From Pseudomonadota bacterium (GTDB lineage Bacteria > Pseudomonadota > Alphaproteobacteria > Rhodobacterales > Rhodobacteraceae), in contig JBCDKN010000011.1 of assembly GCA_038746545.1 (NCBI GenBank), forward strand, positions 19,295-83,294: DNA of 64,000 bases. The letters run 5' to 3'. The position numbers and the translations under genes were made by a program. Below are positions 30,291-40,342 of this stretch, piece by piece; position 1 is the first letter of the stretch, and every line of letters begins with the position of its first letter. The notes below the pieces were generated by a model. It was not told the DNA's origin, made no database searches, and saw only the letters and a list, made by a program, of their open reading frames with translations.

Positions 30291-30851
30291 TCAGTGCAGT
30301 TTAGCTTGCACTTCCTGGATTGCAGCGGCGTTCATCGCCTCCAGCTCGGACTTGCCCAGCTTGGCTTCGATCACCTCGGCTGCTGCGGCAACTGCCACGG
30401 TCACGGCCTTGTCCTTGACCTCTTTCACAGCCGAAGCCTGCGCTGAGGCGAGCTGCTCTTCTGCGGCCGCCAAGCGACGCGCAATCGAGGTTTCCAGGTC
30501 AATCTTGGCCTGAGCGGCTGCGGCTTCTGCGTCTTCTTTGGCCGTAGCCACGATCGCATCTGCCTGCCCCTGCACCTCGCGCTGCTTGCGCTCGTAGGAG
30601 GCCAGGATGGTCTGCGCCTCTTCGCGCAGCGCCTTGGCTTCGTCCAACTCGGCCTTGATGCCCTCGGCCCGCTTGTCGAGCATGCCACCCAGCATCTGCG
30701 GCACCTTGAAGTACAGCACCACGCCGATGAAACACAGGAACGAGATCAACACGATGAAATCCGTGTTGGCCAGCGAGAAGAACGGCCCCTTGGCGGCCAG
30801 CGCCGGTGTCGCCACCAGCGAGATCATCGCGGGAAGGATCAGTTTGGTCAT
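30291..30851 (-). CDS. atpF: F0 ATP synthase subunit b
   Basis: [26 protein letters not shown] coiled coil. Confidence 0.93.
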   Translation of the reverse strand: MTKLILPAMISLVATPALAAKGPFFSLANTDFIVLISFLCFIGVVLYFKVPQMLGGMLDKRAEGIKAELDEAKALREEAQTILASYERKQREVQGQADAIVATAKEDAEAAAAQAKIDLETSIARRLAAAEEQLASAQASAVKEVKDKAVTVAVAAAAEVIEAKLGKSELEAMNAAAIQEVQAKLH

Positions 30852-30855
30852 GTCC

Positions 30856-31380
30856 TTACCCCTTCACGCGCTGCGAAACAGCCGACGAGACATCCACATC
30901 CGTGGCGTTCGGCAGCAGCGCAGAGACCAGTGCGGCAGCGGTCTCGGTCGCGACCTCGGTCACGCTCTCCATCGCATTGGCCCGGATCTCGGCAATCGCC
31001 TTCTCCGACTCCGCAGCTTTCGCGGCGATTTCGGCATCGGCCTTCTCGGTGGCCGCGTCCAGATCCGCCTGGATCTCGGCCTTGGCTTCGGCAACGATCT
31101 TTTGTGCTTCGGCACGGGCATCGGCCAGCGCCTGGTTATAGGCTTTCTCAGCCTCCACAGCCGCGAGCTTCAGCTCTTCGGCGGCGGCCAAATCGTTGGT
31201 GATCGTCCCACTGCGCTCGGCCAGAACCGACGCGATGCGCGGCAGGGCCACTTTGGTCAGGATCAGATAGATCGCTGCCAGCGTGATGATCAGCCAGAAA
31301 ATCTGGTTGGGAAAGGTCGCGAAATCCAGCTGGGGCATGCCCGGCGCGGATTCAACGGCCCCTTGTGCGTCAGTTGCCAT
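30856..31380 (-). CDS. atpF2: F0 ATP synthase subunit b'
   Basis: [24 protein letters not shown], Ala-rich coil. Confidence 0.92.
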   Translation of the reverse strand: MATDAQGAVESAPGMPQLDFATFPNQIFWLIITLAAIYLILTKVALPRIASVLAERSGTITNDLAAAEELKLAAVEAEKAYNQALADARAEAQKIVAEAKAEIQADLDAATEKADAEIAAKAAESEKAIAEIRANAMESVTEVATETAAALVSALLPNATDVDVSSAVSQRVKG

Positions 31381-31458
31381 GCGTCCCTCCTTGGCCCTCT
31401 TTCACATCGGATCAGCCCGTTTCAGGCTGACCCGACCGTAAGGATGGCGTTGGAAAGC

Positions 31459-31683
31459 TTAGACGGCAAACATCAGCAGCAGAGCGACGAGGAATGCGAA
31501 GATCCCCAGAGCTTCTGCGAACGCGATGCCGATGAAGAGGGTCGCGGTCTGGCCAGCAGCAGCGGAGGGGTTCCGCAGCGCGCCTGCCAGGAAGTTGCCT
31601 GCCACGTGGCCCACACCGATTGCGGCTGCGCCGGAACCGATTGCTGCCAGGCCTGCGCCGATATGTGCGAGTTCACCTTCCAT
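31459..31683 (-). CDS. atpE: F0 ATP synthase subunit c
   Basis: 74 aa [17 protein letters not shown] loop, FAEALG proton-binding Glu; AAGGAG RBS. Confidence 0.97.
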   Translation of the reverse strand: MEGELAHIGAGLAAIGSGAAAIGVGHVAGNFLAGALRNPSAAAGQTATLFIGIAFAEALGIFAFLVALLLMFAV

Positions 31684-31751
31684 GATGTGTCTCCTTACGA
31701 TGGAATGAGTTCGATGAGTTGGGACGCAGCGACCCGCCGCGCCCGTTTTCG

Positions 31752-32498
31752 TTAGTGATGCGGGTGCAGTGCGTCCTTGAGGTACACGCAAGTCAGAATG
31801 GTGAAGACGTAGGCCTGAATGGCCGACACGAGAACCTCGAGCCCGTAGATCGCCATGACCCCGATGATCGCGATGGGGGCGACGGCAGTCACCTGGGCGA
31901 AGCCGGCGAACACCTTCAGAACGGCGTGACCGGCCATCATGTTACCTGCCAGACGAATGGAGTGGCTGACCGGACGCACGAAGTAGGAAATCACCTCGAT
32001 CACCGCCAGCACAGGGCGCAGCGGCAGGGGCGCAGAGGAGACCCAGAAGAGGCTCAGAAAGCCTGCGCCGTTCTTCACAAAGCCGATCACCGTCACGGTG
32101 ATAAACACGGCAAAGGCAAGGATCGCGGTCACTGCGATATGCGAGGTGGTGGTAAAGCTCATCGGAATCAGGCCGAGGAAGTTCGACAGGATGATGAACA
32201 TGAAGAGCGTGAAGATGTAGGGGAAGTATTTCAGACCGTCCTTGCCGGTCACATCCTCCACCATCTTATAGACAAAGCCATAGGCGAGCTCGGCGATGGA
32301 CTGCGCTTTGGTCGGCACCACAGCACGCCCGCGGGTCCCGGTCACCAGAAGCAGCGTCAGCGCCGCCACGGCAATCGCCATCCACAGGGTCACATTCGTC
32401 GGTGTGTAGAAATGCACCGGGCCGTCCCCGAACAGGGGCGACACGATGAACTGGTCCATGGGATGGAATGAGAGTCCGCCGCCGTCTTCGCTTGCCAC
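31752..32498 (-). CDS. atpB: F0 ATP synthase subunit a
   Basis: [28 protein letters not shown]. Confidence 0.97.
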   Translation of the reverse strand: MASEDGGGLSFHPMDQFIVSPLFGDGPVHFYTPTNVTLWMAIAVAALTLLLVTGTRGRAVVPTKAQSIAELAYGFVYKMVEDVTGKDGLKYFPYIFTLFMFIILSNFLGLIPMSFTTTSHIAVTAILAFAVFITVTVIGFVKNGAGFLSLFWVSSAPLPLRPVLAVIEVISYFVRPVSHSIRLAGNMMAGHAVLKVFAGFAQVTAVAPIAIIGVMAIYGLEVLVSAIQAYVFTILTCVYLKDALHPHH

Positions 32499-32501
32499 AG
32501 T

Positions 32502-32834
32502 CTAGTCCCCTTCACGCTCGGCGGATGCCTCCGCCTTCAGTCTTTCCGCCTGGATCTCGCGCGAGGACCGGATCATGGTCTGGATCCCCGCCGCAAATCC
32601 CAGCAATGTAAAAAGCACCAGGAGGAACGGCGTTGTGCCGAACAGGCTATCCAGCCCGTATCCGATGCCAAAGCCGATCCCGAGACCAGCCACTAGTTCC
32701 ACCACCATCCGCCAGGCATGCTGGGCAAGAGAGTAGTGCTCATCCTTCTTCGGAGCCGGGGCTTGCGCCTGCTTGGCGGCGTCGATCCGGTCCTCCAGCG
32801 CTTTGAGGCGCTCTTTGTGAGGGTCGTCGATCAT
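32502..32834 (-). CDS. atpI: AtpI/AtpZ protein
   Basis: AWRMVVELVAG..IGYGLD..FGTTP; first gene of the F0 operon. Confidence 0.9.
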   Translation of the reverse strand: MIDDPHKERLKALEDRIDAAKQAQAPAPKKDEHYSLAQHAWRMVVELVAGLGIGFGIGYGLDSLFGTTPFLLVLFTLLGFAAGIQTMIRSSREIQAERLKAEASAEREGD

Positions 32835-33003
32835 GCCACACGTCTCCGCGTTGTTGCGGGCAAGCTAGGCCGGAGGGTGGGGCAGAGTCAACGCGCCGCG
32901 GCGCGGCGTGAGCGGCGCGTAACACTATGTAAATAATGCGATTTTCAAAACTGCGACAAGCTGGCCCGTGCGCCGTTAGCGCCATCATGCCTCTTTCGCT
33001 TAT

Positions 33004-33019
33004 TCAACCAATCGGTTGA
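33004..33019. promoter_or_regulatory. Palindrome resembling an ArsR-family operator
   Basis: TCAACC-AATC-GGTTGA in an AT-rich patch upstream of atpI. Confidence 0.45.
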
Positions 33020-33503
33020 TTTTAGCGCAGGATCCTTCGGAGCATGCCGCAGGGCATAGCCCGACGATCCACGAGGAACTGACGGATTCGCAAACTTGGA
33101 ACGCCCCTCTGCCGGGCAACCGCGCGCCTGTAACTGGACGGCTTCCCGGCTCGCGACGGGTCAAGCCCAGGCCCTTTTGCATCTGCGCGCCGCAAGAAAG
33201 GACCTTCACGAAAAAGGCGGGCGGGCTGCGGTACTGGCCCCAGCAAAGGTATCGACGGTCCAAGTCCACCGGCCGTCACCGCCGCATCCCTTCACCTACC
33301 TCAGCTGCCCGCATCAGATGGCGAAAGAGCTCAAAGCAGAGCCGAAGAGCAGCGATGCGGAGGACCTGCCACCTCTCCACCCACCCGACCAACAGCCCCG
33401 CCAAACCTCTTTGCGCCCCTGCTCCGAGGCTTGACGGCCTGTGTCGCGTGCAAGAGCCTCGGCTCCATTCAAGGCCCGGATGGGCACAGCACGGAGAACG
33501 CGC

Positions 33504-33875
33504 ATGGAGAAGGTAACAGGCGGCTGCCTTTGCGGGCGGGTTCAGTTCGAAGCCATAGGCATGCCCTTGCGCGTGGGCATCTGCCATTGCCTCGCCTGTC
33601 GAAAGCATCACGGCGCTCTGTTTTACGCCGCCGCGATCTATCCCGAAACGCGGGTGACCGTCACGGGCGAGACCCGCGCCCATAAAGGACGGCATTTCTG
33701 TCCAACCTGCGGCAGCTCGGTCTTCGCCGAAAGCGACGGTGAGCGGGAGCTGCATCTTGGTGCGCTCGACCATCCCAGCCAATTCGCCCCGGATTATGAG
33801 CTTTGGACCGACCGGCGGGAGCGCTGGTTGCCCGACTTTCCCGACACAACCTGTCACGCGCGAAACCGCGACTAG
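33504..33875 (+). CDS. GFA/CENP-V family Zn-binding protein
   Basis: GGCLCG, CHCLACRK, FCPTCGS; GGAG RBS. Confidence 0.9.
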   Translation: MEKVTGGCLCGRVQFEAIGMPLRVGICHCLACRKHHGALFYAAAIYPETRVTVTGETRAHKGRHFCPTCGSSVFAESDGERELHLGALDHPSQFAPDYELWTDRRERWLPDFPDTTCHARNRD

Positions 33876-34354
33876 CGCGACCGAGTTCCGCCGGAAATTT
33901 GCGGCTTCCGCCCGTTGCTCCGCAGGGGAACAGCTGGGGTTTCTTCCTTACACCATGTATTCATCGCCCCCCCGCGTCCGGGGCGTTGAACTCACAGAGC
34001 TCCGAGTACAACCATAACCCCGTCGAGATCGATCTGGGACCATTCTGTCACCTTCCGGATGTTGTTCAACATGCCGCTCCCGCCCATCACAGAGGGCCTG
34101 AGCTCCGGCGACCCAAAGACTATGCCTAACTTGCAGCATCCTAATTGCGCGTTCCCTGATCCATTGCGCCGCGCCCCATGACCGGGGCGGGCTGGCACGG
34201 AGCTGGTGCTCTCCGCCCCACTGGCGCTGCTCAAAGCCCACCGCGGGGTGACCGATTTGCAATGTCGGAACGCCCGCGCGGCCTGAGCCGTGCCACAGGG
34301 TGCCGCGCCACGGCGCTCTACCCTTGGGCGCGGCTCCGTGATAGCCCTGCGGCC

Positions 34355-34705
34355 ATGACCCCTCGCCTCGACACTGTCTTTGCGGCGCTTGCCGATCCCA
34401 CCCGCCGGGCCATCCTGACCATGCTTCTGGAGGATGACATGGCGGTCACGGATGTGGCCGAGCCCTTCGAGATGTCACTGGCCGCGATCTCGAAACACCT
34501 GACGATCCTGACACGTGCGGGCTTGATCAGTCAGGAAAAACGCGGCCGAGTGAAATGGTGCAAGCTGGAGCCCGACGCCCTGCGCGATGCGTCGATCTGG
34601 ATGCAGAGCTTCGGACAGTTCGAGGCGGTCAATCTCGACGCGTTCGAGCGCTTTCTTGAGACGGAGCTGCCCCAGCGTTCTGATCCCGAAGGATCTTGCG
34701 AATGA
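34355..34705 (+). CDS. ArsR/SmtB family regulator
   Basis: FAALADPTRRAIL, SLAAISKHL..L..AGLI. Confidence 0.92.
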   Translation: MTPRLDTVFAALADPTRRAILTMLLEDDMAVTDVAEPFEMSLAAISKHLTILTRAGLISQEKRGRVKWCKLEPDALRDASIWMQSFGQFEAVNLDAFERFLETELPQRSDPEGSCE

Positions 34706-35171
34706 CCTTGGCCGCAGACCGGTAGTGGCTCGCACCTGAGGCCTCGGCCCAGCGTCCGAGCGTCCAGTCGTTCATCCAGGGCATGAGATGGGGGGTATAA
34801 AGGCTCTCATCACTCTCCCCCCCGAGAAACGCCACGAGGCGTTCATGACCCTCTGCGAGGTCCGCTTGCACAGTCGGCCAGCTTAGCCCGGCCTGAGCCT
34901 CGCGCAGTTGCGCGTTATAGGCCTTCAGCTCGGACCATTTATAGCCCGGCGCGGGCGTTTGAACCTTGGCACCAGCGCGCCCCTCGGCAACCCAGCCGAG
35001 ATAGAGCCCGATCCAATGGGCCCGATGCCCAACCGTATCCTTGATCGACACGCTTTCGGGTCCTGGCGCGGTGGCCTCCGCCTCTGAGAGCGGGGCGATC
35101 AGGCGCGAGAGCTTGGCATATTCCTTGGCACAGATGGCAATGAGATCGGCTTTGTTGGTTGCAGCGGGCAT
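34629..35171 (-). CDS. ClbS/DfsB family four-helix bundle (DinB-like) protein
   Basis: SIKDTVGHRAHW, PAPGYKW, ASHYRSAAK; GGAGG-like RBS; 3' end overlaps the ArsR gene. Confidence 0.8.
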   Translation of the reverse strand: MPAATNKADLIAICAKEYAKLSRLIAPLSEAEATAPGPESVSIKDTVGHRAHWIGLYLGWVAEGRAGAKVQTPAPGYKWSELKAYNAQLREAQAGLSWPTVQADLAEGHERLVAFLGGESDESLYTPHLMPWMNDWTLGRWAEASGASHYRSAAKVIRKILRDQNAGAAPSQESARTRRD

Positions 35172-35252
35172 CGCGGGCCTCCTTTCGGCCGCGAGTCTGC
35201 CCGCATAGCCCACCCCTGTCCTTGCGCCGGGTCAAAGATCTGCATCGGGTAC

Positions 35253-36176
35253 TCAGCTTTGCGGCATTTCTTCTTTCAATAGCAGCACCAGCGCCACGCA
35301 GGTCAGGGCCACCCCGATCAGGATCATCGGGTTCGGCACCGGCTGGCCCAGCCCGATCTGCCACAGGATCACCCAGCTTGGCGTCAGATAGGTATAGGCC
35401 ATGACTTTCGCCGACGGCAGCCGCAAGGTCGCAGCCTGCAGCAGGACAAAGGTCGCGGCACTGGCCCCGACCGAGAGATAGCCCATGGCGATCCAGACCA
35501 GCGGGCGCAGCTCGGACCATTGGGTCGCCCGCACATCGCGCCAACCATAGGCAAAGAGCAACGCGCAACCTGCGATCAGCATGCCAAAGGTGAAGCCCGC
35601 CGCGCTCTCGCCCCGGTTCAGGAGCCGCGCCATGGGGGCATAGGCCGCGTGCGAGATGCAGCCGATGAAAAAGATCGCCTCTCCCCGTCCGATATCGAAA
35701 GCCAGCAGCGCCGCGAAAGACGCGTCGAAAATCACCCAGAGCGCGCCCGCCGCCCCCACCGCCAGTGCCAAAGCCATGCGCGGTGTCGTGACCTGCCGCA
35801 TCAGGATCCAGCCAAAGACGCCCGACATGATCGGTGTCAGGGTAAAGACAGCGGCGGCCGAGACCGGGTCTGCGGTCTTCAGCCCTTCAAACATCAGCAC
35901 GAAGTAGATCCCGAAGAGCCCGCCCAGCACCAGAAACCGCCAGGGCGCCCGCAGGAGATCCCGGCTCAGTCCGCCGCTGGCCCAGGCCGCAAGGCCAACG
36001 ACCCCGCCTGCAATCCCGAAGCGTACCGCGTTCAAGGCCGCAGGTGCGATCTCATTGGCGATTTGTCCGCCCAGGGCGAAGGAGCCTGCGACCAGCGCCG
36101 AGAAGGCGAGCATCGCCAGATGGCCCTGGGCCGGGCGCGACGAGGCGCGCACCCGCGCCACCGGGCTCAGCGCCAT
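35253..36176 (-). CDS. DMT/EamA family transporter
   Basis: About 10 TM in two EamA repeats; start uncertain. Confidence 0.85.
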   Translation of the reverse strand: MALSPVARVRASSRPAQGHLAMLAFSALVAGSFALGGQIANEIAPAALNAVRFGIAGGVVGLAAWASGGLSRDLLRAPWRFLVLGGLFGIYFVLMFEGLKTADPVSAAAVFTLTPIMSGVFGWILMRQVTTPRMALALAVGAAGALWVIFDASFAALLAFDIGRGEAIFFIGCISHAAYAPMARLLNRGESAAGFTFGMLIAGCALLFAYGWRDVRATQWSELRPLVWIAMGYLSVGASAATFVLLQAATLRLPSAKVMAYTYLTPSWVILWQIGLGQPVPNPMILIGVALTCVALVLLLKEEMPQS

Positions 36177-36210
36177 GGGCTGATCCCGCCGCACCGGCAT
36201 GCTTGCGCGG

Positions 36211-37092
36211 TCATGGCCAGTCCTTGGCCGCTGCCTTGAGGAAATTGGTGAAGCTCTGCACCTTTGCCGTGCGGTGCAGATCCACATGGGTGATCAGCCA
36301 GACCCGGCTCGACCAGTCATCGATTGGGTCGCAGAGCGGCACGAGGTTAGGGCATTGCGCCGCCCACCAAGTGGGCAGGAAGCCCGCCCCGATCCCTGCC
36401 ACCACCGCATCACCGCCGGCACGGATGTCCGAGGCACGATAGATGATGCGATCCGCGGGCATGTTCTCCTTCATCCAGATGTTGAAGGGCGCGCGCGGTT
36501 CCTCAATCGTGCTGCCGACGATCCGGTGTCCAGCATAATCGCTGCCCATGACAATCGGCCCATGGGTGTCGAGATACTCCTGCGTGCCGTAGAAGGTCAT
36601 CCGCTGGGTATAGAGCGGCTGCACGATGTTGTCGGGATCATCGGGCTTGCGCCCGGCCCGGATCGCTACATGGGCCTCGCCATATTCCAAACGGAAAACG
36701 CGGGTGTCGGTGATGAACTTGACCGCCAGGTCCTCATGATCCGCCTGAAACTGCGCCAGCACCGGCGCGATCAGGGGCGAAAACACCTCGAGCGAGGTGA
36801 TGATCAACTCGCCTGTCACCTTGGCCCCATGGCCATGGAGCCGTCCGGAAAGCTGATCGAACTGATCCGCTGTGACCTGCGCGACCTGCAGCAGGTCATT
36901 GCCCGCATCCGTGGCCGTATAGCCCCGGGCGTGGCGCTGAAAGAGCTTCACCCCAAGCCGCCCTTCAAGGCTGTCGATATGGCGGATCACCGTGGCGTGG
37001 TGCACACCCAGCACCTCCGCCGCGCCGCTGACCGTTCCCAAGCGCGCCACCTGAAAGGCGGTGCGAATTTCATCCCAGTTTTCAATCGGCAT
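36211..37092 (-). CDS. LysR family regulator
   Basis: GTVSGAAEVLGVHHATVIRHIDSLE..LG.KLF.R. Confidence 0.94.
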   Translation of the reverse strand: MPIENWDEIRTAFQVARLGTVSGAAEVLGVHHATVIRHIDSLEGRLGVKLFQRHARGYTATDAGNDLLQVAQVTADQFDQLSGRLHGHGAKVTGELIITSLEVFSPLIAPVLAQFQADHEDLAVKFITDTRVFRLEYGEAHVAIRAGRKPDDPDNIVQPLYTQRMTFYGTQEYLDTHGPIVMGSDYAGHRIVGSTIEEPRAPFNIWMKENMPADRIIYRASDIRAGGDAVVAGIGAGFLPTWWAAQCPNLVPLCDPIDDWSSRVWLITHVDLHRTAKVQSFTNFLKAAAKDWP

Positions 37093-37301
37093 GTCGTCTC
37101 AATCACAAAAAGTATTGTCGAGCATAAAATGTGCGCTCACTCACATTTCCTGTTCAATATGTGGAATTGTGTTCGCTCACGCAACGACTAATTCTTGCTC
37201 CAGACGACGCACGCAACTTCCCGCTCATGGCCCGAGCCTCCGTGGATCGGACCGGCACATTCCCGAGGCCGCGCAGCCTCAGACATCACAGGACCAGATC
37301 C

Positions 37302-37880
37302 ATGACCCATGTACTCCGCATTGACAGCTCCCCTCGCAGTGACGCCTCGGTCTCCCGCGCCCTCGCGGATCGGATCGTGGCACGCATGGCCCCGACTGAA
37401 ACCACGGCCCGCGACGTCAGCCCGGGCCTTCCCGTCATCGACGCGGACTGGATCGGCGCGAATTTCACCCCGGCAGCGGATCGCGGCGACGAACAGGTCG
37501 AAATCCTTGCCCTATCCGGCACGCTGGTAGCTGAATTGCAGGACGCGGACGTGGTGGTCATTTCGCTACCAATCTGGAACTTCGGCATACCCGCCAGCCT
37601 GAAAGCCTGGATTGATCTGATCGCCCGGGCCGGTCTGACCTTCCAATACACGGCCGAGGGCCCCAAGGGCTTGCTGGAAGGCAAGCGCGCGATCCTCGCC
37701 ATCGCCTCCGGCGGCACAGAGGTCGGCAGCCAGATCGACTTCGCCACGGATTACCTCACCCATGTGCTGGGGTTCATCGGCATCGATGAGGTCGAAGTTG
37801 TTGCAGCCGACCGCCTGATGGTCGATGCGGATGCCAGTCACGCCAAGGCCGATGCCGCGATCGAGGCGCTCGCCGCCTGA
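37302..37880 (+). CDS. azoR: FMN-dependent NADH-azoreductase
   Basis: RIDSSPR, PIWNFGIPASLKAWID, GLTFQYT..GPKGLL. Confidence 0.92.
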   Translation: MTHVLRIDSSPRSDASVSRALADRIVARMAPTETTARDVSPGLPVIDADWIGANFTPAADRGDEQVEILALSGTLVAELQDADVVVISLPIWNFGIPASLKAWIDLIARAGLTFQYTAEGPKGLLEGKRAILAIASGGTEVGSQIDFATDYLTHVLGFIGIDEVEVVAADRLMVDADASHAKADAAIEALAA

Positions 37881-37908
37881 TCTCCGCCCACTTGTTCCTC
37901 TCCCACCT

Positions 37909-37941
37909 GCCCCGTCGCACCTCCCTGCGGCGGGGCTTTTT
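37909..37941 (+). terminator. Intrinsic terminator after azoR
   Basis: GCCCCGTCGCA-N6-TGCGGCGGGGC then TTTTT. Confidence 0.8.
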
Positions 37942-37948
37942 GCTATCC

Positions 37949-38004
37949 CTTAAGTCACCAAATATCCCCGCCGGAGGCCCCTGCGCCCGCCCCGGACCCG
38001 GGGC
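37949..38004 (+). repeat. Intergenic repeat, copy E
   Basis: CTTAAGTC-ACC-AAATATCCCCGCCGGAGGCCCC (same as copy D apart from 3 nt) plus GCCCCGG-AC-CCGGGGC hairpin. Confidence 0.75.
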
Positions 38005-38085
38005 AAAGGCGCAGCCAGACTAGAAACGCGCCGAAGGCGCTCAATTTAACAAGCATCGCAGGGGCTCCGTCGCCCCATGCACCGC

Positions 38086-38114
38086 TTGACAGATCCCCCG
38101 CAACCGTCCATACG
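38086..38114 (+). promoter_or_regulatory. Putative ffh operon promoter
   Basis: TTGACA-N17-CATACG. Confidence 0.55.
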
Positions 38115-38170
38115 CCCCGCAACTCCCGGAGAGCCTGTGCCCTCCGGTCCCTATGCCATTGGGCAGGGAT

Positions 38171-38220
38171 CGCCACCCGTCAGCGCGTTGCGCCCACGGG
38201 TGCGTTTCCGGTTGGGGCTT
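38171..38220 (+). ncRNA. Structured ffh leader (candidate alphaproteobacterial ffh RNA motif)
   Basis: Hairpin CACCCGT..GCGC-GTT-GCGC..ACGGGTG about 100 nt upstream of ffh; family assignment from memory, not verified. Confidence 0.5.
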
Positions 38221-38300
38221 CAGGACGGCGCAGGAGATCCTGCACCAGACGACGACACCGCGGGGCGGACGCGCTCCGAGAGGACCAAAAGGAAGACCTG

Positions 38301-39812
38301 ATGTTCGAAAATCTGTCCGATCGCCTTTCCGGTGTCTTTGACCGCCTGACCAAGCAGGGTGCGCTCAGCGAGGCCGACGTCTCCACCGCCCTGCGCGAGG
38401 TTCGTGTCGCCCTGCTGGAGGCGGATGTGTCGCTTCCCGTGGCCCGCGACTTCGTCAAGGCGGTGCAGGCCAAGGCGACCGGTCAGGCAGTGACCAAATC
38501 GGTCACCCCGGGTCAGCAGGTGGTCAAAATCGTCCATGACGAGCTGGTCCATGTCCTCAAGGGTGACGAGGATCCCGGTGCCCTGAAGATCGACAACCCG
38601 CCCGCGCCGATCCTGATGGTCGGGCTGCAGGGCTCGGGTAAAACCACCACCACCGCCAAGCTTGCCAAGCGCATGACCGAGCGCGACGGCAAACGCGTGC
38701 TCATGGCCTCGCTCGACGTAAACCGCCCCGCCGCCATGGAGCAGCTCGCCATTCTCGGCGTGCAGATCGGTGTCGACACCCTGCCCATCGTCAAGGGCGA
38801 GGACCCGGTCGCCATCGCCAAGCGCGCCAAGACCCAGGCCTCCCTAGGCGGCTATGACGTCTATATGCTCGACACCGCCGGGCGTCTTTCGATCGACGAG
38901 GAGCTCATGGCTCAGGTCGAAGCGGTCCGCGATGTCGCAAACCCGCGCGAGACCCTGCTGGTGGTCGATGGACTGACTGGCCAGGACGCGGTGAACACGG
39001 CCGAGAACTTCGACGAGCGGATCGGCATCTCGGGCGTTGTCCTGACCCGGATGGATGGCGACGGACGCGGTGGCGCGGCCCTCTCCATGCGCGCAGTCAC
39101 CGGTCGCCCGATCCGCTTTGTCGGCCTCGGCGAAAAGATGGACGCGCTGGAGACCTTCGAGCCCGACCGCGTCGCCGGCCGCATTCTCGGCATGGGCGAT
39201 ATCGTCGCCCTGGTCGAGAAAGCACAGGAAACCATTGAGGCCGAGCAGGCCGAGCGCATGATGAAGCGCTTCCAGAAGGGCCAGTTCAACATGAACGACC
39301 TGCGGGGCCAGCTCGAACAGATGGAGAAAATGGGTGGCGTCGAGGGGCTCATGGGCATGATGCCCGGCATGAACAAGATGAAGGGTAAGCTCGACGAAGC
39401 CGGGTTCGACGACAAGGTCATCCGCCGTCAGATCGCCCTGATCCAGTCCATGACCAAACGCGAGCGCGCCAATCCCCAGCTCCTTCAGGCCTCCCGCAAG
39501 AAGCGGATCGCCAAGGGCGCGGGGATGGAGGTCTCGGATCTCAACAAGCTCCTCAAAATGCACCGTCAGATGGCCGACGCCATGAAGAAGATGGGCAAAA
39601 TGGGCAAGAAAGGCATGATGAAGAACCTGGGCAGCCTCTTGGGCGGCAAGGGCGGCATGCCTGCCGGAATGCCCGGCGATCTTGCGGGCATGAATCCAGC
39701 CGATCTGGAAAAAGCGGCCAAGGCCATGGGTAAGATGCCCGGTGGCGGCCTGCCCGGTCTGGGCGGCGGTGCCCTGCCTCCAGGCCTCTCTGGCTTCGGC
39801 AAGAAGAAGTAA
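38301..39812 (+). CDS. ffh: Signal recognition particle protein
   Basis: LLEADV, GLQGSGKTT, DTAGR, DGDGRGGAALS, RILGMGD, Met-rich M domain. Confidence 0.98.
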   Translation: MFENLSDRLSGVFDRLTKQGALSEADVSTALREVRVALLEADVSLPVARDFVKAVQAKATGQAVTKSVTPGQQVVKIVHDELVHVLKGDEDPGALKIDNPPAPILMVGLQGSGKTTTTAKLAKRMTERDGKRVLMASLDVNRPAAMEQLAILGVQIGVDTLPIVKGEDPVAIAKRAKTQASLGGYDVYMLDTAGRLSIDEELMAQVEAVRDVANPRETLLVVDGLTGQDAVNTAENFDERIGISGVVLTRMDGDGRGGAALSMRAVTGRPIRFVGLGEKMDALETFEPDRVAGRILGMGDIVALVEKAQETIEAEQAERMMKRFQKGQFNMNDLRGQLEQMEKMGGVEGLMGMMPGMNKMKGKLDEAGFDDKVIRRQIALIQSMTKRERANPQLLQASRKKRIAKGAGMEVSDLNKLLKMHRQMADAMKKMGKMGKKGMMKNLGSLLGGKGGMPAGMPGDLAGMNPADLEKAAKAMGKMPGGGLPGLGGGALPPGLSGFGKKK

Positions 39813-40342
39813 TGCACACCGCCACCGCGCATATTCCGGTGATCGAGACCGATCGCCTGACCCTCCGGGCGCCAGAGATGGCGGACTGGCCGGGATATTG
39901 CGCGCTGCTGGCGAGCCCGCGCAGTATCTATATCGGCGGACCCTATGACACCGCGGATGCCTGGGGCTGGTTCGCCTCCGATCTCGCCCATTGGACCTTG
40001 TTCGGCCATGGCACGCTTTGGATCGAGGATCGCGCCAGAGGCAAGACTGTGGGCCAGACTTACATCCTGAACCCGCCCCATTGGCCGCAGGAAGAGCTTG
40101 GTTTCATGCTGCTCGAGGGCCATGAGGGGAACGGCTATGCGACCGAAGCCGCCGTAGCCTTGCGGCGCTGGTACTACGCGAGCCACCCGACCCCGGTACA
40201 ACTGGTCAGCTATGTGGCCCCCGAAAACAGCGGCTCGGTTGCGATCATGGCCCGGCTGGAGGCGACACGAACCGAGGGGCGCCCCAGCCCGCTGGATGGT
40301 TATGACGTCTTTGTTCACCCCGCGCCGGACCGTCTGCAATGA
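39812..40342 (+). CDS. GNAT N-acetyltransferase, RimJ/RimL-like (array copy 1)
   Basis: IETDRLTLR, GGP, HW..FGHG.LW, EGNGYATEA, VSYV..EN; TAATG overlap with ffh. Confidence 0.88.
   Translation: MHTATAHIPVIETDRLTLRAPEMADWPGYCALLASPRSIYIGGPYDTADAWGWFASDLAHWTLFGHGTLWIEDRARGKTVGQTYILNPPHWPQEELGFMLLEGHEGNGYATEAAVALRRWYYASHPTPVQLVSYVAPENSGSVAIMARLEATRTEGRPSPLDGYDVFVHPAPDRLQ

Noticed and set aside
39590-39812. Gly/Met/Pro-rich low-complexity ffh tail
   Set aside because: Normal feature of alphaproteobacterial Ffh
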